Source: Adineta vaga (Eukaryota > Animalia > Rotifera). From it: a DNA stretch of 64,000 bases. The position numbers were made by a program, and so were the translations under genes. The notes beneath the pieces are model-generated. The model saw nothing but the letters and a program-made list of their open reading frames with translations. It was not told the origin of the DNA and did not search any database. Location of the stretch: positions 6,758,001 to 6,822,000 of the forward strand of contig CP075496.1 in the NCBI GenBank assembly GCA_021613535.1. Reading direction: 5' to 3'. The first letter of the stretch is position 1, and each line of letters opens with the position of its first letter. Shown in pieces: positions 16,425 to 28,367 of the stretch.

Positions 16425-17558
16425 TCAATAATAAAAGATTCCAAATGCAGCTACAGCACAAAAAAGACTTTCATTTAAATAGACATATTCAGCCATGCCA
16501 TCAGTGTCCGAATCCCATAAACATCGACAACCATATTTCACACCTTGACCTTTATTTTCGCCAATAATACATTGAACAATAAATTTGTATCGATCAAATT
16601 TCATATTAGCTGCTTTAAGACGATCACGAATGTTAATTGTAACTATTGTTAAAAGAAAAAGAATAGATTCAGCTATAGTTTCAAAATGAGCAAATTTGAT
16701 CTGAAGAATAATCGTTCAACGAATATAAATAAGCATTATATTCTATAGCATATGAACAATAACTCAAGTTGTTCTTCACTTTTTATCTTAAATTACTCGT
16801 TCATTGTGACTGATACGAAGTAGAATTCGATGCATGTAATGATTTGAAGAATTAACAATTGAATTTTTATTTCAACCTCAATTCTAGAAAATGGCAATAA
16901 GAAATTTTATCATTGTGTTCTCAATTCATGGCTATGTCTATAGATATTTCAAATTGTTATAGTTGTTCTGAAAATCAATACGATATTTTATCATATCAAA
17001 TTGAACTTTAATAGTCTCATCTATTAATGTTTCTATATCACGAATGATTTTGTCATGGTGTCTATACACATATCGACTATTAATGGGTTTTTATGTAATA
17101 TATACGGCTGACACTTCTAAAGCATCGATCAATATGAATCTAATCTGATGTATGTCTGACAAAGATTTTGTTTAGAAAAGACATGTATGAAAACGATACG
17201 AATTTTAATACGAACTTGATTCGAGATGTTTAAATGCGTCTTACTCGATCACTATAGAAATATTCACTACGTTCGATGTAAATTATTACTTGGAAATGAT
17301 GAATGATTAGTTCTGGTTTCGATTGATTTTATTAAACTATATTCTATGGATAATTTCTTTTTCATGCGTTAAATACATACTAGCTTTAGTCCATTCTGCA
17401 CATGCTTCTTGTTCGAATTTTTTATCACCAAGAATATCACTAATACATGAATAGAGAATTTCTTGTACTTTCGTTGAACGAAATTTTTCTTCAAAATTTG
17501 GTCGTGTTATATAACCGGTCGTATCATTCGATTTAGTTGCTAGTGTTGCAGTAGCCAT
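16425..17558 (-). CDS. TCTEX1D2: Tctex1 domain dynein light chain (TCTEX1D2/DYNLT2B-like), exons 17558-17381 and 16642-16425
   Basis: YITRPNFEEKFRSTKV...IRDRLK...FDRYKFIVQCIIGENKGQGVKYGCRCLWDSDTDGMAEYVYLNESLFCAVAAFGIFYY. Confidence 0.93.
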
Positions 17559-17742
17559 TGAATTACCTCTAATTTATCTGAAAAAATAAAATAAGTCGTA
17601 TTTATATATAAATAAATATTAAAAAAATAGGAATTTTTTCAAAAATCAATACAACATTTTCAAAGATCATCATCACTACTGAGATTAAGAAAAAAAATAA
17701 ATAAAAGCATTGTTCTTTGTTGTTTTTGTATTCTTCTTTATA

Positions 17743-18693
17743 TTAATCATGTTGTTGATCAGCATATAAACATTTATCACTACCAGCTCGAGCTCGTTTA
17801 AGTTCACGATGAAAACTAATTGCTGATTTAAGTTCTTGTTCAAATTTAAATTTTTCCATTGATGGATGATTTTCTTTCAAAATAAATTTTTTACCACTAC
17901 CATATCGATATTTTGGTGGTGGTTGAGAAGCAAGTTGTGTCGAGTTTTGAGTAGATGACTGACGATTCTGCTCGACTGAAAACGATGTAGATTTACGAAT
18001 CGATGAAGTATGCGTAGTTTGAGTTCGTTCAGCAGTATCTAAATAATGAAGAAGATTGAAATAAGAATTGTATGATACGTTTTTGAAGTCTGATATACCT
18101 GACGACATTGGTGGATGTCGTTGTTGACTTTTAAGACTTAACATTCGTAATAATTTATCATCATTATCAGCTGTTATCAGTGCCATTCGAAAACGTGATT
18201 GATTTTGAAAAAGTTCTCTTCGATTAGCTTCAAAAAATTTTCTTAAATGATTTTCTCCCAATTGTGATGGACCAGGAATCGTAATCGGATAGTTACATGC
18301 TGCTTGTTCAGTATGTCGTGTTTGTGCACTTGCACGACGTGCAACTTTAGCTTTAACATTTGAATTATGATGATGATAATTTCTCCATATATTATAATTG
18401 ATTGGTGGTTTACCATCGAGACTTTTTGCGTATGTGGATTTATGTGAATATTTACCAGCTTCAAGCCACAAGGCATAATCAAGACTAGAAGAACTAACTG
18501 GTCGAGCTGTTGGTGTTGAACGTTCATCGAATGATTCTCTTAATGTATGAAATAATTCATGGTCAAGTGATGTTTTTGGATGTTCTAATGAAGTTAAACG
18601 TTCGGTTACATGTGGTTTAAATGAAACTGGATTTGTGTGTTCATCAATAATTAAACTTAGAGATGTTGACTCACGACCTCGTGCACTTTTCAT
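17743..18693 (-). CDS. TEX52: Testis-expressed protein 52-like; probable in-frame 60-nt intron at 18098-18039
   Basis: Blocks YALWLEAG..YNIWR, PITIPGPSQLGENHLRKF and LSLKSQQRHPPM resemble recalled TEX52 motifs (FHTWLDV..SNVWR, HPIPPPSWMGQNSFLTF, LKLRSEARAPPL). Confidence 0.7.
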   Translation of the reverse strand: MKSARGRESTSLSLIIDEHTNPVSFKPHVTERLTSLEHPKTSLDHELFHTLRESFDERSTPTARPVSSSSLDYALWLEAGKYSHKSTYAKSLDGKPPINYNIWRNYHHHNSNVKAKVARRASAQTRHTEQAACNYPITIPGPSQLGENHLRKFFEANRRELFQNQSRFRMALITADNDDKLLRMLSLKSQQRHPPMSSGISDFKNVSYNSYFNLLHYLDTAERTQTTHTSSIRKSTSFSVEQNRQSSTQNSTQLASQPPPKYRYGSGKKFILKENHPSMEKFKFEQELKSAISFHRELKRARAGSDKCLYADQQHD

Positions 18694-18731
18694 CTGAAAG
18701 AAAAAGCAAAATAAATGATGTTTATGTTTTT

Positions 18732-19664
18732 TTATTTGAAAAAAATCGTCATTTCAAATTGATCAATACGAAAACCCTCTCGATGATAAAATTTATGTGC
18801 TCGTCCTCGTTGACAACCACTATCTAATGCTATTCGATTTAAATTTAATTTTTCTGCTTCTTTCTTCATTGTATTAACCAATGCTCGACCAACACCCAAA
18901 CTTCGTTTGTTTTCATCCGTAATTAAATCATCACAATAGATAAATTTTGAATATTTCATATGTTGTGATAGACGATAAATGGCTAAACCAAGAACATTTC
19001 TTTTCTCATCATTACTTATTGCCACTAGCATATGAGCAGGACCTGTTTCACATATATTACGAATTTGACTAGCATATATTTTTTGATCCGAAGAAAGATT
19101 TGGTCGTAGTTGTCGAAAAACATCTTGTGCTTGAATTAAAATATCTTCATTCTTTGATAAATCACTTATATCAAGAACTTTAATTTGATCATTATCTTCA
19201 TTATAATGAATCTTATCAAGATAAAATCCAAATGAACTCATTTCGAGACCATGTCGAAAAAAGAATCGATGAGCATCCGTATTTGTTAAATCACATTGTA
19301 AAACAAGCGACGGTGCACCACATTCTTTTGCTTGATGAATTAAATCTTGAAATAAACGTGTACCTAAACCATGATTACGTTCTTTTTCATCAACAATTAA
19401 ATCATAAAGTTCAAAACGAATTCCATCGAATGTTGTCGGATGTGCACGATAAAATGCTAATGCTAAAACAATTGTTTCTGATTGATTTTGTCGTATAATA
19501 CCACAGATACGAGATTGTTTTGTTTGACATAATTTTTGCATATGATCTGCATAATCTTCTAATGTTAATTGTTTTAAATTCGGACGAAGTTGTTGATGAA
19601 CAGTTAAACATGATGGTAATCGAAATATAGTCTCATCAAATGGAATAATTCTTTCCTGAGACAT
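18732..19664 (-). CDS. Intronless tandem (two-domain) GNAT N-acetyltransferase, bacterial-like
   Basis: Two repeats each contain QLRPNL and an acetyl-CoA motif A (DLIVDEKERNHGLG; DDLITDENKRSLGVG), followed by DAHRFF and LDSGCQRGRAHKFY respectively. Confidence 0.93.
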   Translation of the reverse strand: MSQERIIPFDETIFRLPSCLTVHQQLRPNLKQLTLEDYADHMQKLCQTKQSRICGIIRQNQSETIVLALAFYRAHPTTFDGIRFELYDLIVDEKERNHGLGTRLFQDLIHQAKECGAPSLVLQCDLTNTDAHRFFFRHGLEMSSFGFYLDKIHYNEDNDQIKVLDISDLSKNEDILIQAQDVFRQLRPNLSSDQKIYASQIRNICETGPAHMLVAISNDEKRNVLGLAIYRLSQHMKYSKFIYCDDLITDENKRSLGVGRALVNTMKKEAEKLNLNRIALDSGCQRGRAHKFYHREGFRIDQFEMTIFFK

Positions 19665-19686
19665 TTTTAGAAACGTTAAATTGAAT

Positions 19687-19700
19687 GGAAACCTAGCAAC
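19687..19700 (-). promoter_or_regulatory. Candidate RFX X-box (half-site GTTGCTAGG)
   Basis: Minus strand gttgctaggtttcc, about 23 nt upstream of the GNAT ATG. It has one good half-site and one weak half-site. Confidence 0.35.
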
Positions 19701-20770
19701 TGTTACGATTTCTATGGTATAGTATGTTATCTTGATCTTTATCGAATGAAATTTTAATTATTCTTTTTTTCACGACATCTATCTGAAGAAAGAAAGCAAA
19801 TAACATTCGAAGTTCTTCCAATCGAATCATGAAGAAAAAGTTTTGATTATAGTAAAATCTATGGCATGGTAGATATTTATCAATCTATTTCTATTTTCTT
19901 CTGAAAATTTTAAATGACAAGAAATGTCTATGAAAGATCAACTATCTTGACTAAAGAATAAACAAGCATTGTATCAGTTGATTATAATGATATGATGGAA
20001 ATTAATTTGCTATTCTCTTTCTGTTTTACATATAAATCTGATGATCCAAACTACGTCATGTTTCTGAGATGCATATCTAATTCACTTAAATATCTTTGAA
20101 GAATCATACCTACTCAACATTTGTTGTTTTGTTCGATTGATGATAAAACTATGTGAAATGTAAATCTATGTTCAATTGAATGACAAATTATACGAGTTGA
20201 GTATCGAACTTTGTACTGCTGATGACAACATGGAGTTGTATTTCTTCTGAAACTCAATTGAACAATATTTGAGTAGATAATTTTGACAAGAATTCAAGCA
20301 TAAAAGATGATATTGAAAATGAAAACTAAATATAAGTAGTCATCATACTATAATACTATGTGCGCGAACATCTGATCAATCATCTGTTTGATTTACCATG
20401 ATACTGACTTATTAACTATTCATTATGTTTCTCTTCGTATAAAGACTGATACTTACATCTAGTTGAACACTTGAATAGAATCTAAATCAACAAGTTCATA
20501 CTTATTCAGGTGAGAAAGTAAGGCGCGAAAAATTTCAGTAGTAACTAACTTTCACGTTTCCAAATCAACAAAATTATTTCATTCATTCGAATATGTCGTT
20601 TTTTCGACATTGTCTATGAGAATAGAAAATTCATCATTAATCATAAATTTAACACTGTGTATTATGAAGATTTCTTTGAATAAAACTTACTGAAATTTAA
20701 CATTATCTTCATGTTTTCAACAACTACAAAAAGTTAATCTAGTTCTTTTCTTCACTTAAATCTGTATTCT

Positions 20771-22130
20771 ATGGCTCTTACTACTTCAATGCGATTATCC
20801 ATTCCATTACCAACGATAAAAACAGAAGAAAATTCATCAAATTCACATTCAATATCATCCATTACAAATGATCATAATAATAATTTAACAAAACTATATA
20901 AATATTCTCAAGAAACTGAAATGAAATCTTATATAGATCAAAATGGAACGATTCGTCAATATCGACAATCGACCGAACGTGCATTACTTGCTCAACGAAA
21001 AATTTTCCTTCGAAAAAAATTAGGTGAAGGTTCATTTTCATCAGTACGCGAAGGTTTCGATATGTTTCATCAACATAAAGTTGCTATCAAAGTAAACATC
21101 AGTCTATTCGTCATTATTATTATTGATTCAAAGAATCAATCTTTGCTAGATTGTAGATACTCAACGAGCTTCCAAAGATTTTCAAGAAAAATTTCTTCCA
21201 CGTGAATTAGATATTTGGACACGTGTTAATCATGAAAATATTATTAAAATGTATCATCATTTTATTGAATGTGGAAAAATTTTCATGGTAAATTCATTAC
21301 AGATCGATTTAAATAGATAGTTTGTTTTCGTGGATAAATAGATACTTGAATTTGCTTCACAAGGTGATCTTTTAACGTATGTTCAGCGTGTTGGTGCTAT
21401 ACCTGAACAAAAAAGAAATCTATGGTCATCACAATTATGTAATGCAGTCAGATATCTTCATGAATTAGAAGTTGTACATCGTGATTTAAAATTAGAAAAT
21501 CTCTTATTAGATACGAATGGTAAGATAAATGAGAACAATTTTTAATGAAAAAGAAAATCTGTCCGTTTATTTAGATAATATGAAACTATGTGATTTTGGT
21601 TTTTCTAAAGATGTTCTTAAATGTAAAGAATATTTAAGTAAAACCTATTGTGGATCACGTGCATATGTTTCACCGGAAATTTTACTTGGACTTCCTTATG
21701 ATGCTAAAAAAGCGGATATATGGGCGATCGGTGTTATTCTATATATCTTTGTTACGGGTGTTGTAAGTAATGATCCTTTTTTTTGTGATATTATATCGTT
21801 TTATTACAATTAGATGCCATTTAAAGAAGATAAAAACAATCAGTTGATTTTAAAACAAGTTTGTTTAAAGAGATATTTAGATCTTGAAGAGAGAACATCT
21901 TTTTCTAGCATCAAAAATTACAATTACATTGGCCAAATGAAAACGAACGTGAACAATCAGCACGAAATCTTATCCTGAATATATTTACATATGATTGGCA
22001 AAAACGACCCAATATACAACAAGTTACTTCACATCAATGGTTTACTCTAACTCAATCAACTGAAATAATATCGACAACAATTGTACGAACAAATCGAATG
22101 GCAATTAAACGAAAAAGTCGTTCATCATAA
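20771..22130 (+). CDS. TSSK: Testis-specific serine/threonine kinase (TSSK)-like, 6 exons
   Basis: GEGSFSSV, VAIK/IVD...DFQEKFLPREL, HRDLKLENLLL, DFGFSK, LSKTYCGSRAYVSPEIL and YDAKKADIWAIGV. The KFLPREL and SKTYCGS motifs are typical of TSSK kinases. Confidence 0.9.
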
Positions 22131-22466
22131 ACATTTCAATCGTTTATTTTATTTTTTTCTCGTTTTAGTTAAATTGTATTATAAACAGTGATTTTTGTTC
22201 GTGCATGAAAATTCAATTAATTGAATATAAATAACAATAGAAACCAAAATAGCGCCGTTTTTTTTCGATTAGAAGTAGAAAGATTAAAACTGATTGTTTT
22301 GTCATGACAAATTTTTCGTTTAGATAATGAAATAACATAATAAATAAAAACAAAAAATATTTCTATATAGATGGAATTCATAAAATGGAAACGGAACCGA
22401 AAAAAAGTTAAGTAATATTACTGTTGATAATGACAATGAAGTTTTGTAGAATAAAATGGTAAATGG

Positions 22467-24921
22467 TTATTTAATATGCTTCTTTTTTTCTTCATTCAAA
22501 CAAGCTAAAAGAAATCCATGGCGTTGATTTCGATCGGCATGTCCATGTAGAATTGAAAGAGATAGAATGTCGATACAAACAGTTAAACTATTACGTGCAT
22601 TTTCTGTCTTTTTTATCTGCTCAGATGTTGGCCATGATTTTTGTAGAAGTAAAAGAAAACGAAAAAATAAATTTCGTTCTTTAGTTTTCAATAATTCAAT
22701 AATCATACTAACAGCTTTACTCATATCGTGATGTTGTGAAGATGCTGTCTCACTAGGTATATGAGATTGGATACCTGTACCACTTGGTAAATGATAAGAA
22801 CGAAAACTAGAAGAATTATTTGTTAAAAATATTCGATCTTGAATATCACGTGATATTATTGGTTCAGGTAAAGATTGCAACAGATGTAAAAGTATCATAA
22901 ATAATGCTATTGTTGGAGTTTGATGAAAATTATAATTATGTTCATAGATTTGATTACGTATTGGAATTAAATCAATTGTATCTTGTACTTCATTACTAAA
23001 TATATTTAATAGATGAATATCATGACGTTCTTTTAAACATTCAATAAGAGATATATAAAGTGCTGGAGGATCATTTTTCATTTCTAGAATATGTTCGGAA
23101 TTAGTTGAATGATTCAATGAATAAATATATTGTTTTGTTTCTTTGTCATATAGTGTTGTAGGAAATTGATCAAATGATAACCCGAAGGGACCCATGTCAA
23201 GTGTCATATCTAATGTAATAAATGTATCTGCACCATTTTCTACATGTAGAATAAGAATTTCATTTAATTGTTTTCCAAATAACCATGAATAACGACTTTT
23301 CATTTGAAAAGTTATATTAATATGTTGTTCTTTACCATTATCGATTGTATGTGATGAACTTGGTGTAAATGTTAAACAATCAAAAAATGGTTCATCAGTT
23401 AATTGTTTCGTATTGATAGGACGTGTTGGTTCAAACATTGCCGATGGACAAATTGTACAGTGACATGAACATTCACCGATATTTTTTATTAATAATGAAT
23501 AGGTCATTTTATCTAAATATCTTACATTCTCAAAGACGATAGCTGGTGGTCGTGGAAAGACTTCAATTGTGGGTATAGAATCATTTTCTTCACGATCTAT
23601 TTCACGTATTAATTGATCACGTAAACGATTCAAACGTTTTTCATCACATTCATATTTAATACCAACACGATAGAGACCACTAACAGGACGATGATCACTA
23701 AATCGAATTGTTTTAGCACATGAATAATGAATTGGATGAATTAATTCGTTTTTTGTTTCATTATTAGACTGAGTTTTTGTTCGTTTAGTGAAATATAATA
23801 TACGATCTGTCCAAGATGGCGTACGAAATTTTTCACTAGTATCATAAACATCACTATTTGGATCGAACTTATATGTTGGCATGAAATCAATCGGTGGTTC
23901 AAAATAATCAGTAAAAACATGCTTTAATTTCATTTCACAACGTAATTGATCTTTTTCATGCAATGGAATAGTAGATAATTCTCTTAATGCTTCTCGAACT
24001 TGTTCATTTGTTTGAGATATACGATAGTTCATATCACCAAACCAAAAAACAACATCATGATCATTAATTTTCCACCTAAAAGAAATTTCATTAATTTAAG
24101 ACAAAAATCTTCAAGATCCACTGACCATTGAGTAGGAGTTGATGATGTTTGAGGATTGAGTGCTGAACTACCAACTGTAGTTGGTGCATACCATATATAA
24201 TCTTTCAATGAATAAGTAGGTCCATCAGTAAATGTCATACGTGATTCTATAGTTTGATAATCTTCATTACGTCGATTGGTTTGTCCATCACCCGATGCAA
24301 AATGACAATTAATAAAACATATGTCTGTTTCATAAAAACGAAATCGAATGCCAACACCACCTTTATTGCCAGCCAAGCCCATAAAACCAGTAGGAACCGA
24401 TGTTCGAGAAATTGATGTACATTTTGTCATATGCGGTGAACGTACATACACAAATAGAATGATTCCTGAAAATAAGTATTTTGCTTTTTGAAAGAAGGAC
24501 AAGAAGAAAAAACATGTTTTTATTGATTACCCATTAATCGAATACGATTGAGTAGTTGAAATTTATGATTTTCATCTTTTGCTTTATAACATGCTTTAAT
24601 AGTTTTCCGTACAATATGTTCCCATTCATCTTCTTTTTTTCTATCATCATATATATATGCTCCACCACTAGTATCGATTTCTTGAAAACCAACAGCAATA
24701 ATATCTGGAAGAATTTCTTGTGTATTTTCTTCATTTTTTGTTACGCGATATAACCATTCTTCAAGTAACGTATGTCCCGGTGGTTGTCGATTATTAACAT
24801 TAAATGTTCCGACAAGAATATGAAATGATTTATAAATCATATATTCATTTTCATGATCTTTTAAACGTTTTTCCAGACGTTTAGTTGCTTCATATAATCT
24901 TGTATCGGTTAATTTTGACAT
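22467..24921 (-). CDS. Inositol polyphosphate 5-phosphatase, INPP5B/OCRL-like (5-phosphatase, ASH and degenerate RhoGAP domains), 3 exons
   Basis: GTFNVN, GFQEID, GNKGGVGIRF, FWFGDMNYRI and PTYKFD...PSWTDRIL in the phosphatase domain. ASH motif EILILHVENGADTFI and RhoGAP-like LLQSLPEPII follow. Confidence 0.93.
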
Positions 24922-25181
24922 AAAACAATGTTGACAGTATATTTTAACTATGAATACAAGACTATCTACAAGGTCTTTTTGATTTTAAATGCCACATTTG
25001 ATTAAAAAAAATTTGTAAGAAAGAAAAACGAAGAAGGATTGATAATAAATTTCTGTTTAGTTTTATTTTTCTTTCCTTTTTTTCTGTGCAAAAGAAACAA
25101 AAAGTGACATGAGATGATGACAAACAACAAAAGACGTTGAACTATCTGTACAGAAACGCCTAATATCGAAAATTTGTTTGA

Positions 25182-28100
25182 CTAGTTTTTTAATTTTTTA
25201 TGAGATGATGACGACGACGAAGAAGAAACACCATTTGAATGTTTCGATGTATGATGATGAGAACGTTGATGAAGATTGTTATTTGTATCTTTCGTCGAAA
25301 GTGGATGTTTGTTGTTATTTGAATAGTGACTAGTAAAATAAGAGAGAGAGAGAGATAGACGAAATGTTTTATTTATGAAAAGATTAAAACATCAAATTAC
25401 TTTTCTTCTGGTGAGAAAGAACGTGACCGTCGTTTTTTCTCTTTTCGTCGATGATTTGATGAACGACTACGATGTCGTTTGTCTTTTTGCTGTTTTCGTC
25501 GTCGTGGTGTTGATGAACTAGTTGATAAGAATAATCAAATAAGTATATAAAAGTTAATACTTTTATTAAAATGTAGTCATACCGAGAACGTGAACGACTT
25601 CTGTGTGATGTTTTCTTTTTCTTTTGAGAACGATGAACTGAAGAACGAGAAGTTGATCGAGATGATGATCTAATAAATTTCAAAAATGTATCATTAGTTT
25701 GTTTTTTTTTGTAATTTATGAAAGACAATAAGAACTCCTCGCGCTAATTTCCAATGTTTAATATGAATGAACTAATTACATACGTAAGGAGAACAATGAA
25801 GTTTTTCTTATCAATTGAAAGAATGATATCTCTACACAATCACTATGACATTCGTGATCTTTTAATGATGTTTACAAGTGTTTGAAGATGAAGTTTTAAA
25901 TTAAATATTCCTATTCTTTTACCTGCTTCTTGTACTACTTCGTCTCCTTCTTGAGTGAAGATGTCGATGTGAATTTACTGTTGACGATTCTCTTGAATTT
26001 CCTTTCTCGTGTCTTTTTGAAACTTTTCCATTCGTAGTTGTTGTTGTAGTTGTTACATTCGTGATCTCCTGTGTTGTTGCAATTACTGTAGACGCTAGAA
26101 ACAAATCATAATAAATGAAATGGATCAATAGATTCAGTTTTCTTTACCTTCTTGTTGTATAACAGTTGTTCTCGTATTAATAACTGTTGATGATATTGAA
26201 TTTTGAGCAACTTGTTGTAATGGTGAGTCATTACCTAATTCAATTGATTGTATAACGTCTGATCGTAGTTTTTTGCGTTCATCTTCTTTCTTTTCACGAA
26301 TAGCACTCACAATTTTTTCAAGTTCATCCAATGATTTCTAATAGTTCAAATCAAATTTAATCCAAACAAACCATTCACTTACTGGTCGATGTCGATATAA
26401 ACGAAGAATGGCTATCATAATGAAATGAATTTCATTTGGTTGTGCACCAAATATGATATACCATGGAGGATTTTTAGGTAGAGTAATCTAATCGAAAAAG
26501 TTAGTAAAATATTTGAACAAAATGAATTAGTCTTTCAATTTACTTGAAGAGATCGTGCAGCTAAATCAATACATGCACAAGCGATTGTTTCGGGAGGAAA
26601 ACGTAGAAAAATATCCGTACGTAAACTATCATTCATATAATTCCTAAAAGATAGAAAAGAATGTAACTCTGACTATGAATCTCTGTCTCACGCGCGCGAA
26701 AAAGAAATGAACACTCTAGTCAAATATCGGTATTTCGGCTATAGGAAATATTCTCAAGTTTTGAATCAAATGGAATTATTTGTTATGTTTGTTTTTTAAA
26801 TACAGCTGAACAAAGACGAAAGAAGTTTAGTTTCATAGGCAGATTAAGAAAAATCTAAAAACAGAGAAGATTATTAAATATTATATGGAAAATATTCCTT
26901 TTACAGATGAGCTTTGTTCAATCTACTAAATTAAATCTAAAAATCAAACATAACAAACAAACCATTGATGATAAAACTAGAATAATAGAGAAAGAGAGTA
27001 TGTATATCGATATGAATAAGAAAAATAGTCAAACATTACCGACCGATAATTGATCTAGAGTTAAGTGTAGAAGAAAGGTGACTCGACGTTGTATATATTC
27101 CGACCATATGAACGGTTATATACGCGTCATTTTACCATATATCTGGACGAAAGACAAGAAACTGGTTTATATAATGTATAAAGAATTGAAAAGAAAAGAA
27201 ATAAGAATACAATCAAATCAATCATACAGATTGTCGTCATGTTTTATCTAGTTAGAGAATATGCTGTGAAGAGAGAAAAGAATATATTTAAATTAAGATA
27301 AAAATATTCTGACAAAGTTCATTCGAGAAAGTATTGTCACAATAAACTCTTTAACAGAATAGCAATCGTGTCGCACAGTGAACAATTTTATCTACAATGT
27401 TATGAACATTGAAATGAATTTAACAGATCGTAGTCAGCAATTTTTCTCACGGTATAATTTCGAAAATCTGCATTATAAAAATCTCAGCAGAACTCATTTA
27501 TGATAAAAATGTGAACTCGAGTAAATATATTTCCTATAAGTTCATTTCAAAAAAATAGATAATCTAAAAAACCTTTATATCATATGTTTGCAACTTAAAA
27601 AAATATATTGCGAAAAATCATCCTAATTGAAAATACCTACCAAGCTGTTTGTACTAAATCTTTTTCCCGTTCTTTCTCCAATACTTTCAAATACACTGTA
27701 ATCATCTATAATGGACAAAAACTGATGAAAATAAAAAGAAAAAAAAAGAAAAGAAAAATACTTTATGTGGATGTTTAACATAAACACAAAATCCAAGTTC
27801 TTTCAGGATTCGTCGTTCAGCTTTAATCACTTCATTCTTTCGATCGATATACACTTGATCAATGAGTAAAGGACGAATAGTTCTAGAATGAAAGGTTTGT
27901 AAATAGAAAAGATCTATACTTTTCTTTGTTACTTACTTTCCCGCTCGTACTTGTTTTATATGATGAAATACATTGATAACATCACGCAGTCGTCGAGCAT
28001 TCTCTTCGATTTTAGCTGCAAGATTTGTACAAGCCATAGCAACAATTTCCATTTGTCGACGAACAAATGATGACGAATAATAATAACGATGAAACAATAC

Positions 28101-28367
28101 TTGACCTGTAGCTACAGCCGTCTTAAAAATAACACAAAATATGATTTTTTTTTCTTATTTTTTAATCCTATGAAAAACTTTTACTTGTGGTAATTTCAAA
28201 AGCAGACATGCTGTTTGAATAAGTTCACAACCAATTAATCTTAAATCATATTCAACATCATAGGGTAAACCTTCATTCATTGAAGGTGTTGGATTTGGAT
28301 ATAATTTTTCTGCTGGTAATAAAACATCACTTAATGTTAAAACGACCCTTCCATATTCAGCCATCAT
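25182..28367 (-). CDS. CCNL1: Cyclin L with RS-rich C-terminus, multi-exon
   Basis: [116 protein letters not shown], then an RS tail. Confidence 0.96.
27040..27142 (-). other. Putative poison cassette exon in the cyclin L long intron
   Basis: Acceptor ttcttgtctttcgtccag and donor G|gtaatg bound a 103-nt exon. Joining it to the upstream exon (GCT TG) creates TG|A, a stop. Confidence 0.65.
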
